From an uncultured virus (IMG/VR IMGVR_UViG_3300049846_001482) (Duplodnaviria; Heunggongvirae; Uroviricota; Caudoviricetes): a DNA stretch of 64,000 nt. A program made the translations under genes and the position numbers. Shown in pieces: positions 48,101 to 57,787 of this stretch (position 1 is its first letter; the number at the start of each line of letters is the position of its first letter). Under the pieces are notes generated by a model. The model was given only the letters and a program-made list of their open reading frames with translations, searched no databases and was not told where the DNA came from. The stretch lies in the IMG/VR virus record IMGVR_UViG_3300049846_001482, one strand, 5' to 3'.

Positions 48101-49260
48101 TTTGACCCCTTTTCACACATCAAAAATATGCTGGAGCATAGGTCTGGATACTGTTGACCCAATTGATAGCAACCTTCCAAGTACTCTTTAGAGATGATAT
48201 CCGTTTCAAGCAATCTATCCCACTGGAAGTTTGCCAAAGCCTTGAAGAAGATGCCTGAACGATGTGATACTTTGAGTCCAGCCGCCTTGGCATCCCTCTC
48301 AAGGGTGTCCAAAGTGTAAGTTATGCGATGTCCGTGGGCTGATTCTGCCTTTGTGACGGCTGCATTGTGGTCAATGAGACCCATCTTCACGGCAATTTGT
48401 CTCGATGGAGCATTGGCATTGGGGCAAACCAAGAAGAATCGTCCATCTTCGGCAAGCCAGTCATCATTGACACGCCTCAAAACTGCGACAGGATCATCCA
48501 AGTGTTCAAGAACGTGGGTCAAGATGATGTTGTCATACTTTTTTGGAAGCGTGGCCGTCTCAAACATGCTGTGATGAAACGCAATCTTGTCGCCAAGCTT
48601 GGCTTTGGCCGCTTTGATGGCTTCACTTGAGGCTTCAATGCAGGAGATGTCAGAGAAATGGGGTAGAAGCCTCTGAGTGAAATCTCCCTTGAAGCTTCCC
48701 ATCTCCAAAACGCTACCATTTTTGAAGAACGGCTGGAAAGACCTGATCATGAAAGGATGCATTACATCGAAATCAAAGTTGTAGGCGTATTTGTGGTCCG
48801 CCGTATCCTTGATCTCAGCATTGAAGTCACGAGAAGACATGTCTAATTGCATCATCTTCTTTGAATGTGGCATGAACTTGAAGCCAAACTTGGTATACAT
48901 CTCTATAGCTGCCTTAGCTGTTGGGGCAACCTCCAACTGAACGTAACGAAAGCCACGACTTTTTCCAAAATCAGTGCACATCTTCAAGAGATGTGATGAA
49001 ACACCCCTCTTGCGGTAAGGCTGCAGAACACTTACATGGTTTATGAAGCCGACTTCTTGGTTGAAATAGGCCGCCACCAGACCAACGAGAATTTTCCCAC
49101 TCCATGCCTCGAACCTAACACAGTTAAGGCTGATTTTCTTTGAAAACTCCTTTAGGTCCACCCTCTTGCTGAGAGCAGGCATGAAGTCATCATTGCAATC
49201 GCATAGATGCAAATAGACATCATCTTCGCTGCTTCGATTTTCACAGTAAACTATGCTCAT
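48097..49260 (-). CDS. GNAT acetyltransferase fused to class I SAM methyltransferase
   Basis: V...YRKRGVSS.L..LEV..AIEMYTKFGF; VLEMGS.KG, HVLEHLDDP, CPNA. Confidence 0.85.
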   Translation of the reverse strand: MSIVYCENRSSEDDVYLHLCDCNDDFMPALSKRVDLKEFSKKISLNCVRFEAWSGKILVGLVAAYFNQEVGFINHVSVLQPYRKRGVSSHLLKMCTDFGKSRGFRYVQLEVAPTAKAAIEMYTKFGFKFMPHSKKMMQLDMSSRDFNAEIKDTADHKYAYNFDFDVMHPFMIRSFQPFFKNGSVLEMGSFKGDFTQRLLPHFSDISCIEASSEAIKAAKAKLGDKIAFHHSMFETATLPKKYDNIILTHVLEHLDDPVAVLRRVNDDWLAEDGRFFLVCPNANAPSRQIAVKMGLIDHNAAVTKAESAHGHRITYTLDTLERDAKAAGLKVSHRSGIFFKALANFQWDRLLETDIISKEYLEGCYQLGQQYPDLCSSIFLMCEKGSK

Positions 49261-50183
49261 TGCTTTATCTCCGCCAGACCAAAACCACTCTTTCCGAACT
49301 CGTTTCCATTGTAAAGAAGGTAGGTCTTATTGTTCATCTCAAAAACGTTTGGGTAACACATCATATCCGAGTCCCACCCGTCGCTCTCGCCCTCAAAGAC
49401 GATCTCACTGTCTTTGCGAACCCACTCAGATGGAGACTTAGCCTCGGCATAGCCCAGTCGATAACTTTTGGTCTTATCGGTTCTGAATCCAGCCGCATGC
49501 CGATAGCAGAAAATCATCTTATAGGTGCCGTCCTGCTTGTAAACAGTTGGCAACGCTTGGCATTCTTCTTTGCCGATAACGTCAGCAATGATCTGTTGGT
49601 TAGCCTTGACCCAGTTGATTCCGTCTGTTGATTTGGCGTAGCCGATTTTGTAGATACGCTCTGGTTGTTCGTTGACCAACATCCACCTTGTTCCGTAGAT
49701 GTACCACATGTTGAACTGGTTGTTGAAGACTTTTACAAATCCATCTGCAACAAGAAATGGCTCATTGAGCGAACTGCTCAAAACTGGTCCATCAAAGGGT
49801 TTGTTGAACGTATGTCCGCCGTCATGGCTCTCTGCAAACCCTATAGCAGTATCAACCGAAACCGACTGCCTTCTGGTCCAGCCAGTAGTAAAGGCAAGTA
49901 TCCTCTTGTTGTCTCTAGCAACGCTAAAAGGGAAGATTCCATGCTCATCAAAGGTTCCCTTCTTGCCAAGAGCAATGACACCATCCCCAACAACCTTGAT
50001 GACGTTGAAGTTCTTATCCATGTCAACATAACCAACATGGCTAAGGAACTTGCTTCCATCTGGTTTACGTGTTGAGAAGTAGACTCTAACAAAGTCATCA
50101 AAAACAAGAGCCTGCGGAGACTGAGCATAGGACAATCCATGCTCTGCTGCGTTGAAAATGAGACCCATTCTCTTGATGATCAC
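49257..50183 (-). CDS. five-bladed beta-propeller glycosidase-like protein
   Basis: SHDGG and STDGINW Asp-box-like motifs; WDS.M.CYP; YNGNEFG. Confidence 0.75.
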   Translation of the reverse strand: MIIKRMGLIFNAAEHGLSYAQSPQALVFDDFVRVYFSTRKPDGSKFLSHVGYVDMDKNFNVIKVVGDGVIALGKKGTFDEHGIFPFSVARDNKRILAFTTGWTRRQSVSVDTAIGFAESHDGGHTFNKPFDGPVLSSSLNEPFLVADGFVKVFNNQFNMWYIYGTRWMLVNEQPERIYKIGYAKSTDGINWVKANQQIIADVIGKEECQALPTVYKQDGTYKMIFCYRHAAGFRTDKTKSYRLGYAEAKSPSEWVRKDSEIVFEGESDGWDSDMMCYPNVFEMNNKTYLLYNGNEFGKSGFGLAEIKQ

Positions 50184-51139
50184 AAATCACCCTCTAGTTG
50201 AGCCAAACCAAAGCCATCCTTACCAAACTCATTGCCTAGATACAGCATGTAAGTATTGCCATCCATCTCGAACACATGTGGGTAGCTGATCATCTCGCTA
50301 TCCCACCCATCCTCTGACACATCAATACCAGCCAAAGAGTCATCTCTTTGCCAGTTCACTAGGTCAGTCGAAGAAGCATAGCCTATTCTGTAACTTTTTT
50401 CTCTACCCTTATGGTTGCCACTATGTCGGTAGCAGAAGAACATGTGATACTTTCCATTCGCAAAGATGACATCGGGGCTTGCCTGACATTCGTCCTCTTC
50501 GACTCGACTGGGAACAAGGTCAGAGTTGAACTTCTTCCAGTTGATGCCATCTAGAGACATTGCCATTCTGATCTTGTAGACCGGCTCTGGTCTTTCTGCT
50601 GAATTTATCCATTTCCTACCAGCGATGTAGAAGAGATACCAGAAGCCGTTGAACTTACGTATCTTTGGACCACTAATGATGAAGGGCTCATCGGGTGATG
50701 TTGAAAGAACGGGTCCGCCATTACCAACCTTCTCGAAGAAATGTCCATCCTGACTTTGAGCCATTCCAATTGCAACATCAAACGGAACGGATTCACATCT
50801 GGTCCACCCGCCATAGTAGGCCAGGAACTTACCTCTGTCTTGTATCACGGAGATAGGATAGGTGCCAAACTCATCAAAAGTCCCACGCTTGCCAAGACTC
50901 ATGATGGGTTCCCTGCTGACGTTGACAATCTTGGTAAAGTCACCCCTATCCAAGTCAACATAGCCACCAAGGCTCACGAATTGTCCATTGGCATCTGGAG
51001 TTGGTCTGCAGGAGAAGTATATCCTGAGGTAGTCGTCAAAGACCACAGTCGAAGGAGCCTGTGCATGGGTCTTCATCCACTCAATGCCTTGGACATCCTT
51101 AGGGCTAAAGATGCGACCGAGTTTTTTCCATTTAAACAA
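50180..51139 (-). CDS. beta-propeller glycosidase-like protein (tandem paralog; TTG start)
   Basis: Same motif set as 49257..50183; GGAGGA SD. Confidence 0.75.
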   Translation of the reverse strand: MFKWKKLGRIFSPKDVQGIEWMKTHAQAPSTVVFDDYLRIYFSCRPTPDANGQFVSLGGYVDLDRGDFTKIVNVSREPIMSLGKRGTFDEFGTYPISVIQDRGKFLAYYGGWTRCESVPFDVAIGMAQSQDGHFFEKVGNGGPVLSTSPDEPFIISGPKIRKFNGFWYLFYIAGRKWINSAERPEPVYKIRMAMSLDGINWKKFNSDLVPSRVEEDECQASPDVIFANGKYHMFFCYRHSGNHKGREKSYRIGYASSTDLVNWQRDDSLAGIDVSEDGWDSEMISYPHVFEMDGNTYMLYLGNEFGKDGFGLAQLEGDL

Positions 51140-51827
51140 GGTCGTAATCCTCCAGCATCCTTTGTGTGTCTTCAATTCCAACACAAAGAATTGGATCAAT
51201 TATCGAAAGAGCTGGCACAAACTCATTCCCCATTTGTGAGTAGGGAGTAAGGCGGCTCTTGAGGAACTTGAGTTCTATGCCCTTGCTTGTGAAGTCGGTG
51301 TGATTGTAGAGTTCGGTGCCGCCAATCGGGTTGATGTATTGGGTGGCTCCTAAGTGTTGGCAAATAGCCAAAACCTTATCCTGTCCCTTGAATTGCTTAT
51401 GGTCAAACGGCAACTCAGATGACAGCATGAACTTGGTTTTGATGTCCACCATCCCAGCAACATGCGTGATGGACATGTTTATGTAGTCAAACAAGTTCTC
51501 GCTACCTTCTGTAAAGCAAGAGCGTAGCCAGCCTAGTTTTTCATTGTGAGCAGCCTTGGCGTAGGCATTTGCAATCTGTCGAAAGAGGCGTTCACGGTCA
51601 AAGTCCTTAGCCAAGAACCGCTGATTGATGTCAAGGCTATCGGAATCTGCCTTTAGAGGCAACGTGAAAGTCTCTGGCTTACCATTCAGAAGGAAGCGAT
51701 TGCGGTTAATCCAACCCTTCTTCGTGTATTTGATGTTGTCGTAGATCACGAACATGTCCACGGCATTGAATAGTTGCCAATAGCCAATGTAGGGCAAAAA
51801 GTAGGGTTGCATTATTGCTACTTTCAT
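51132..51827 (-). CDS. wbqC: WbqC family protein
   Basis: AIMQPYFLPYIGYWQL..D.F..YD..Y.K.GWINRNR; YINPIGG; LSIID. Confidence 0.92.
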   Translation of the reverse strand: MKVAIMQPYFLPYIGYWQLFNAVDMFVIYDNIKYTKKGWINRNRFLLNGKPETFTLPLKADSDSLDINQRFLAKDFDRERLFRQIANAYAKAAHNEKLGWLRSCFTEGSENLFDYINMSITHVAGMVDIKTKFMLSSELPFDHKQFKGQDKVLAICQHLGATQYINPIGGTELYNHTDFTSKGIELKFLKSRLTPYSQMGNEFVPALSIIDPILCVGIEDTQRMLEDYDLV

Positions 51828-52897
51828 CAGAGCCCATTGATGCTATCGATGACATACTGGATCTGCTCGTCAGTGATGTCATTGAAAATAGGAATGCAGA
51901 GTATTTGGTCGTAGACGGCTTCTGTGTTTGGCAACGAAGCGGGTGGCAAACGGTGATAACGAGTCATGTGGTTGGGGAAGAAGTATTTCTTTGTCTGAAT
52001 GCCCTTCTCAGCCAACTTCTCGTAAACCTCATCTCTCTTAGGGGTCAGAATGGAGAAGTCCTTATATGAAGAAAGGTCTCCATCCCTGACTGTCTGAAAC
52101 TCAAGCCCCTTGATGCCCTCACGGTAACGCTTTGCTATCTCCTGCCTACGAGCCATGACGCTATCTATGTTTTGCATGGAGAGATAGGCTAGTCCAGCAT
52201 GAAATTCAGATATCTTTCCATTCATGCCCAAAAGCTGGGTGTTGTAATCTCCCTCAAAGCCATAGTTACGAGCCTTGTAAAACCTCTCAGCAATCTCTGG
52301 GTCTTTGATGAACGTCAATCCACCCTCGGCTGAGGTAATGAGCTTCGTTCCACTGAAAGAGTAGGCTCCAGCATCTCCAAACTCGCAGATGTGGCGGCCC
52401 TGATACTTGGACCCGTAGCCGTGAGCAGCATCAATGATCAGCTTGAGGTCATGAGCCTTTGCCAAATACTCCAACTGCCCCATGTCACATGGATTGCCAA
52501 AGATATGAACGCCCATGATGGCAACGGTCTTGTCGCCAACCTTTGCATCAACATCAGAAGGGCTGATGGTGTAGGTGGATGGGTCGATATCAACAAAGAC
52601 AGGAACAAGATCGTTCCAGACAATGGCATTGATAGTTGAGTTGAACGTGAATGATGGCACAAGGACATGAGAGCCCTTGGGGAAGTTGAAGCAGCGCAGC
52701 AACAACATCAATGAAACATCACAGGAAACACAAGACAGGAAGTGACGATCGCTATTGAACTGCTCCTTGGCTGTCTGCTCCATCAGTTTGGAGTATTTTG
52801 AGAAGTTGGAAAGCATACGGCTCTCCCACAACTCATCAACAATCTTGATGTAGTCTTCTTTGTTAGGCAACGATGGTCTCATCAATGGAACTTTCAT
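51827..52897 (-). CDS. DegT/DnrJ/EryC1/StrS sugar aminotransferase
   Basis: PSFTF, PVFVDID, HIFGNP, IDAAH, SFSGTK..SAEGG, G.NGKISE. Confidence 0.93.
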   Translation of the reverse strand: MKVPLMRPSLPNKEDYIKIVDELWESRMLSNFSKYSKLMEQTAKEQFNSDRHFLSCVSCDVSLMLLLRCFNFPKGSHVLVPSFTFNSTINAIVWNDLVPVFVDIDPSTYTISPSDVDAKVGDKTVAIMGVHIFGNPCDMGQLEYLAKAHDLKLIIDAAHGYGSKYQGRHICEFGDAGAYSFSGTKLITSAEGGLTFIKDPEIAERFYKARNYGFEGDYNTQLLGMNGKISEFHAGLAYLSMQNIDSVMARRQEIAKRYREGIKGLEFQTVRDGDLSSYKDFSILTPKRDEVYEKLAEKGIQTKKYFFPNHMTRYHRLPPASLPNTEAVYDQILCIPIFNDITDEQIQYVIDSINGL

Positions 52898-52905
52898 CTA
52901 TATCC

Positions 52906-54384
52906 TCATATCTGGATGTGAGCGTTCAACTTACCCCAGTCAATAAAGGGAGTCATGAAGAGAGTGTTGAGGTGAGTAGCCCTGCCGTGGATTGGACTCC
53001 AAAGCCTAACCCCTCTTCGGTATAGTTCACGGCTCAACTCACGATCTGGAAGTTGTCCCGTGAAGATGTCTGCGTTGGCTTTCAGTATTTCCTTGCTAAC
53101 ACAAAAACTAGAACAGGTGCTTTCGGCCGTCCGCCAGTGGCAACTGTCTGTAATCGTCAACTTCTCTTGACCGTAGGTGATGTCATCTGTCCGTGTGTAG
53201 CGATCAGGGTGGTCATAGAGTGTAAAGATGGAGTTCTCTATCCTGTTGACGCCCTGTAGCAAGACGTTAAATGCGTCTGGAAGGTACATGTAGTCATCTT
53301 CCGAGATGTAGAAGTGGTCGTATTTGTCGAAGAGGGAGCTTATCTTGCGATAGACCTCTTTGATGGACTCCAGACCACTTCCAACATTGATGCGAGTGAA
53401 TTCTTTGATGGGTTGAGATTTGATGTAGTTGGTGTAGTCGTTTTCTTGCCCATCATAGATCACATAGACATCAATTCCCTGTGCTGCATTCATCAGGGAC
53501 TTGAAGTTCTTCTTCTTGTCGTACCAAGTGGGACGATGTTTGTCTGGGCGAATCTGTCCATCGAGTTCTGAGCCGCTGCACCAGAAGATGATGGCCAAAC
53601 TGTCTGCCCCAAATCGGTATCCGCTATCAATTCGATCCCATTTTGACTTGTCTTCTACTAGTTTATCTGCCCATCTCTGGAAAAACAAAGTTTTGTTTGG
53701 AGCTTCGGCATAGGAAACCTTGCTAGAAGTGACAGATTCCTTATGTATAACTTCTGACAGTGGGTAATAGATGACTTTCTTGTTTAGCTGGAACCTTACC
53801 TTAAAGCATAGGTCGTTGTCTTCGTATCCATTCTTGTATCCAGTGTCAAATCCACCTACTGTTTCAAAGTCTTGCTTAGAGATGAAGAAGCAAGCACCTG
53901 TGAGACATTGGTATTCTCTTTGCTCATTGACAAATGGGTGGTTGCTGGGAAAGTGACGATAGCGGTGATCAAAGACGTTGCCATTGTAGCTGGTGCCTAA
54001 AACCTGAACGCCTGCATGTTGAATGTTACCGTTAGGGTATAGTAGTTTTGGACCCACAATGCCAGCAGATGGGTTTTCTGCCATGAAACCTACAATGTCA
54101 TCCCATCCACTTTTCAAGAGAATGTCATTGTTCATGAAACATAGTAAGGGATATTTTGCTTTGGCTGCGCCGGTGTTGCAGCCGCCTGCGAAGTTGATGT
54201 TTTCCTCAAGCCTAATGTACGTAACCTTTTTTCGGTAAGTGTCAGAAATTCTCTCTTCTTCTCTGGAGCCATTGTCAACAATGACAATTTCGTGCTCGAC
54301 AAGAGTGTTGTTTATGATACTATCAATGCATTCCTCAGTCATGCGTCCATGATTGAGTTGTGGTACTATGATGCTAAGTGCCAT
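52906..54384 (-). CDS. two-domain GT2 glycosyltransferase
   Basis: IVIVDNGS, NFAGGCN, MNND, GACF, EDNDLC; second domain ISEDDY. Confidence 0.9.
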   Translation of the reverse strand: MALSIIVPQLNHGRMTEECIDSIINNTLVEHEIVIVDNGSREEERISDTYRKKVTYIRLEENINFAGGCNTGAAKAKYPLLCFMNNDILLKSGWDDIVGFMAENPSAGIVGPKLLYPNGNIQHAGVQVLGTSYNGNVFDHRYRHFPSNHPFVNEQREYQCLTGACFFISKQDFETVGGFDTGYKNGYEDNDLCFKVRFQLNKKVIYYPLSEVIHKESVTSSKVSYAEAPNKTLFFQRWADKLVEDKSKWDRIDSGYRFGADSLAIIFWCSGSELDGQIRPDKHRPTWYDKKKNFKSLMNAAQGIDVYVIYDGQENDYTNYIKSQPIKEFTRINVGSGLESIKEVYRKISSLFDKYDHFYISEDDYMYLPDAFNVLLQGVNRIENSIFTLYDHPDRYTRTDDITYGQEKLTITDSCHWRTAESTCSSFCVSKEILKANADIFTGQLPDRELSRELYRRGVRLWSPIHGRATHLNTLFMTPFIDWGKLNAHIQI

Positions 54385-54430
54385 TTTGTTGCTCCTCCAA
54401 TGGATCTAAGATTGTATCAAAAACATTCGC

Positions 54431-54458
54431 TTGAATTTTCGGTGGGTGGCGCTATAAT
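54431..54458 (+). promoter_or_regulatory. promoter of the plus-strand island
   Basis: TTGAAT-N16-TATAAT. Confidence 0.6.
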
Positions 54459-54503
54459 AGTGTAACTCATGGGATGAGATTTCCCAACAAAGGAGGAAAA
54501 AGA

Positions 54504-54692
54504 ATGCCTGTCAATACGCCAAGCAAGACTGCAATGATCCAGAACTTGCGCCAGGTTGCTGGTAACAAGAACACCCTGACCAGGGAGCAGTTCCGCAACA
54601 GCTCTCGCAGGAAGTTCGCCAGCGTCACCATTGAGAAGTACTTCGGTAGCTTCTCTGCCGCTCTCCGCAAGGCCAAGCTCGCAGCACGCTAA
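54504..54692 (+). CDS. stand-alone homing-endonuclease-associated repeat domain protein
   Basis: LRQVA..LT..F..TIEKYFGSF.AAL.KA; AAGGAGG SD. Confidence 0.65.
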   Translation: MPVNTPSKTAMIQNLRQVAGNKNTLTREQFRNSSRRKFASVTIEKYFGSFSAALRKAKLAAR

Positions 54693-54700
54693 TGTCCAAA

Positions 54701-54742
54701 GACCCCGCTGTGGTGACAACACTGCAGCGGGGTTCTCTTTTA
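54701..54742 (+). terminator. intrinsic terminator
   Basis: ACCCCGCTG/CAGCGGGGT stem followed by TCTCTTTTT. Confidence 0.7.
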
Positions 54743-54764
54743 TAAAAACCAATTTAGGTATAAG

Positions 54765-55553
54765 ATGCGACTTCTGGTTTTGATGTCACTAATTTTCTTG
54801 AGTCCCACCTTGCTCCATGCTGAGAGCAAGGACATCTATGAATTGAAAGACAAGATACTTACCTTGTCTCAAGAGAACAACAAAATACTCGCCTCCAACG
54901 AAGCCATAGCCAACAACAGGCTTGCTCGTTATCAAGCCAGGCTTCTTGTAAAGACGATCTCATATGAGATCTACTGGTATTTGAAGAGGCAGGGTGTCAA
55001 TCGCAGCCTTTCCAAGATAGAAAGCATCGTCAACGCCGCCTATATGTCCTCGTGGATATTCGTTGACTTAGGCAAAGACCATCTGGACCGCTTTGTGACC
55101 ATCCTACAGTGGCCAAGGGATGAGACTACGTTTGATCCACAACTGGTTTCTCATTGGAAGGCTGGAACCTACCTCCCATCGCTTAAAAAGACAGTCAAAA
55201 AAGACACCATCGACTATGGTGCTTTCCAGATAAACCAAGACCACATAGAGGGGTTGAAGCTCATCAACTTCCTTTACGATAGCAGTGTCATCAACTTCAA
55301 GGTGAGGCGTGTCCGTAGCGTCAAAGACCTCATGGATGTAAATACCAACTGCGTGGCTCGCTGTATCATTGAAACCGACCGCAAAGAGCGTGGCTGGGAG
55401 TGGCAACACATTGGCGACAGAAAGTTTAGAACATTTGTCATATCTCAGATAGAAAAGTTGTCAAAAGAACATCTGTATAACAGAAATTTCGTTCAAAAGT
55501 ATTATTCTCTGACTCCGATCAGGGAGTACAGCGCTAAAGATTTCAACTTCTGA
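54765..55553 (+). CDS. exported lysozyme-like/lytic transglycosylase-like protein
   Basis: Signal peptide; ETTFDP..DYGAFQIN resembles the SLT ES..G.FQI motifs. Confidence 0.55.
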   Translation: MRLLVLMSLIFLSPTLLHAESKDIYELKDKILTLSQENNKILASNEAIANNRLARYQARLLVKTISYEIYWYLKRQGVNRSLSKIESIVNAAYMSSWIFVDLGKDHLDRFVTILQWPRDETTFDPQLVSHWKAGTYLPSLKKTVKKDTIDYGAFQINQDHIEGLKLINFLYDSSVINFKVRRVRSVKDLMDVNTNCVARCIIETDRKERGWEWQHIGDRKFRTFVISQIEKLSKEHLYNRNFVQKYYSLTPIREYSAKDFNF

Positions 55554-55610
55554 TATTGAAAATAGCTTGGAATCAACTATAATCAAGCAAAGACACCACT
55601 TGAGGTTTGC

Positions 55611-56228
55611 ATGAAGAACATCATCATAGCCTTTTCTGGAAAGGCTCAGTCAGGCAAAACAGAATCATCTAAGTTGTTAAGGGAAATTGTAGAGTCAACC
55701 AACGATGTCTCGTTCAACAAACTCTCTTTCGCCACGAAGGTCAAGGAGATAGCCCAGTATTACTTCGGTTGGGACGGCGACAAGGAGATTTACACCCGCA
55801 CCTATCTTGATGGCGAGATCAAGCAGGACGGATCTCTTGCTGCGGCCGGTGAGGTAGAGGTCATTCAAGACAAGGGTAGGCAACTCCTCATCAACATCGG
55901 AGAGAAGTTCCGAGCCATTCGACCCACTGTATGGGCAGACATTGTTTTGCAGCAGATCAAAGACCTTGACATTGGAAAGCCAGAGAATGTCATCTACTGC
56001 ATTGACGACCTGAGATTCAGGAACGAGGTTAAGTCCCTCAAGGGATATGGACGAGCCTACTTCATCAGAATCAACAGGCCAGCAGGACAGTTGAATCTAG
56101 ACGATGTTACAGAGAAAGACTTGGACTCCCATCGCTTCGACTACTACATCGAGAACGATGGCTCCGTCAAAGAATTGAAGCAGAAGATACACCAAATCTA
56201 CCAAGACATCTTAAAGCATTCTAATTGA
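55611..56228 (+). CDS. deoxynucleoside monophosphate kinase-like protein
   Basis: FSGKAQSGK, SFA..K, RQLLI.IG, DDLRFRNE, I.NDG. Confidence 0.85.
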   Translation: MKNIIIAFSGKAQSGKTESSKLLREIVESTNDVSFNKLSFATKVKEIAQYYFGWDGDKEIYTRTYLDGEIKQDGSLAAAGEVEVIQDKGRQLLINIGEKFRAIRPTVWADIVLQQIKDLDIGKPENVIYCIDDLRFRNEVKSLKGYGRAYFIRINRPAGQLNLDDVTEKDLDSHRFDYYIENDGSVKELKQKIHQIYQDILKHSN

Positions 56229-56252
56229 GGTCGCATGCATTAAAGGGATCCC

Positions 56253-56645
56253 ATGAAGAACAAACGACTTGAAGAAAGACTCAAAAAATACGGCACCGCA
56301 TACAGCGACATCATCAAGATGATTGAGAAATGCGAAGCCGGTGACGTTGGCGAGATTCAAATTTCGAAGAAAGAGAAGATAACCAAGAGCCCCATCTTAG
56401 ATAAGATGATTTTCACTTATCTGAAGAAGTTGAAGGTCAGGATAGTGTTCACAGAGGAAGTTGAGCCAAAGTCCTCTGAGGATGAGCGTCCAAAATGCCC
56501 CAATGACGTTCACAAGGTTCTTGGTAGCGACATGAAGAAGTCAGCAAAGATAAAGACTCTTACAAAGAGCAAGTACAGCATGTTCAGGATAGACGTGACA
56601 TCTTTCGTTGTCTGTCCTGAGTGTGGCGACATAAAAGAGATTTAA
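56253..56645 (+). CDS. hypothetical protein
   Basis: 130-aa ORF; C-terminal CPECG. Confidence 0.65.
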   Translation: MKNKRLEERLKKYGTAYSDIIKMIEKCEAGDVGEIQISKKEKITKSPILDKMIFTYLKKLKVRIVFTEEVEPKSSEDERPKCPNDVHKVLGSDMKKSAKIKTLTKSKYSMFRIDVTSFVVCPECGDIKEI

Positions 56646-56663
56646 CCATTCTTTGAGGTTCCA

Positions 56664-57104
56664 ATGGCAAGACAGAAGAAGGAAAAGACACCAAAGTACT
56701 ACGAGGCTCCAGAGGTCGAGACGGAAGTCAAGAAGATCCTAGAAGCCTATCCCGACAAGTTCAACTCCTTCGGGATGCACGACATCAAGGTTCTATTCAA
56801 GACTGGCAAGAAGAAAGAGGGCAAGAAGCATGTCTCCATCAAGATCATCAAGGAGCCAATCACCCTCATCTCCTCCAAGAAGGCCCTGCTCTTCGTGGTC
56901 GATGGCTGGTGGCAGGATGTCATCGATAGCGACCGCACCAAGGGGCTCATTGAGGGTCTTTTGAGCATCGAAGTGGATGACTTCGGTGAGTTGTCCAAGA
57001 GACCATTCGATGTTCAGACCTTCGCTGAGATCGCCAAGACCTGGGCTGGATTCAAGAAGATCCTTCCAGGTGAGAAGGAAGACCTAGTTCTCTCAGCAGA
57101 GTAA
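56664..57104 (+). CDS. hypothetical protein resembling degenerate phage metallopeptidase-like family
   Basis: YYEAPEV..PFDVQTF.EI; no HExxH. Confidence 0.45.
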   Translation: MARQKKEKTPKYYEAPEVETEVKKILEAYPDKFNSFGMHDIKVLFKTGKKKEGKKHVSIKIIKEPITLISSKKALLFVVDGWWQDVIDSDRTKGLIEGLLSIEVDDFGELSKRPFDVQTFAEIAKTWAGFKKILPGEKEDLVLSAE

Positions 57105-57115
57105 AGCGCAAAAGA

Positions 57116-57150
57116 AAGAGCCCCTAGTTGATTCTAGGGGCTCTTCTTAT
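57116..57150. terminator. bidirectional terminator between convergent genes
   Basis: AAGAGCCCCTAG-TTGATT-CTAGGGGCTCTT with A/T-rich flanks. Confidence 0.8.
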
Positions 57151-57166
57151 GTGCGTTGATGTTGGT

Positions 57167-57787
57167 TTACTTTTTGTGTTTCTTGAAGTACTCTACTTGA
57201 CGAAGCCTCTTTACTGCCTCACCCTTAGTTTTGTAGCATCCAAGTTTCTTGCCTTTGCGTGAAAGAACACACCACTTACTATCCATCTTTTTGATGTAAG
57301 CCAGCCTGAGCATGGCAGCATGGCGTGACGATATTGCTGGCTGCAATTCAAGGACTGGCAAGAAGTTGTCGGCCAACTTTTCTGCTGCATCAGGACCAGT
57401 CTCAGAGGAGTAACCCATTTCGGTGAACTCCTTACGATGAGTGGCCTCATGCATGATGGTCTTCACTATCTGGTTGTCAACCTCTTGTTGGATGGCTTGC
57501 TCTGGCTGTCCAGACAACTTTGATCTGACTTCTTGCTCTATCTTGGGTATGTTGACGAAGATGGTATGAGGAGCCCCTGTGTTGTATTGACCAAAAGGAC
57601 CGCTAACCATATGTCCAACGATGTCCGTTACGTCTCTGAGTAGTTCTGGATTGTGTTGGTTAACAATGTCAACAGCTCTTTGGATTCTGGCAGCAAAGGC
57701 AGGCTCAATAGAAACCCTCGGAGAACCGACTAACTCGGTATGCTCCTGAACTGGTTGCTGTATCTGAGCCTGTCTGAACGAAATCAT
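57167..57787 (-). CDS. probable virion-associated protein with HExxH motif
   Basis: MHEATH; basic C-terminal KWCVLS..GKKLGCY..A.KRLRQVEYFK module. Confidence 0.6.
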   Translation of the reverse strand: MISFRQAQIQQPVQEHTELVGSPRVSIEPAFAARIQRAVDIVNQHNPELLRDVTDIVGHMVSGPFGQYNTGAPHTIFVNIPKIEQEVRSKLSGQPEQAIQQEVDNQIVKTIMHEATHRKEFTEMGYSSETGPDAAEKLADNFLPVLELQPAISSRHAAMLRLAYIKKMDSKWCVLSRKGKKLGCYKTKGEAVKRLRQVEYFKKHKK

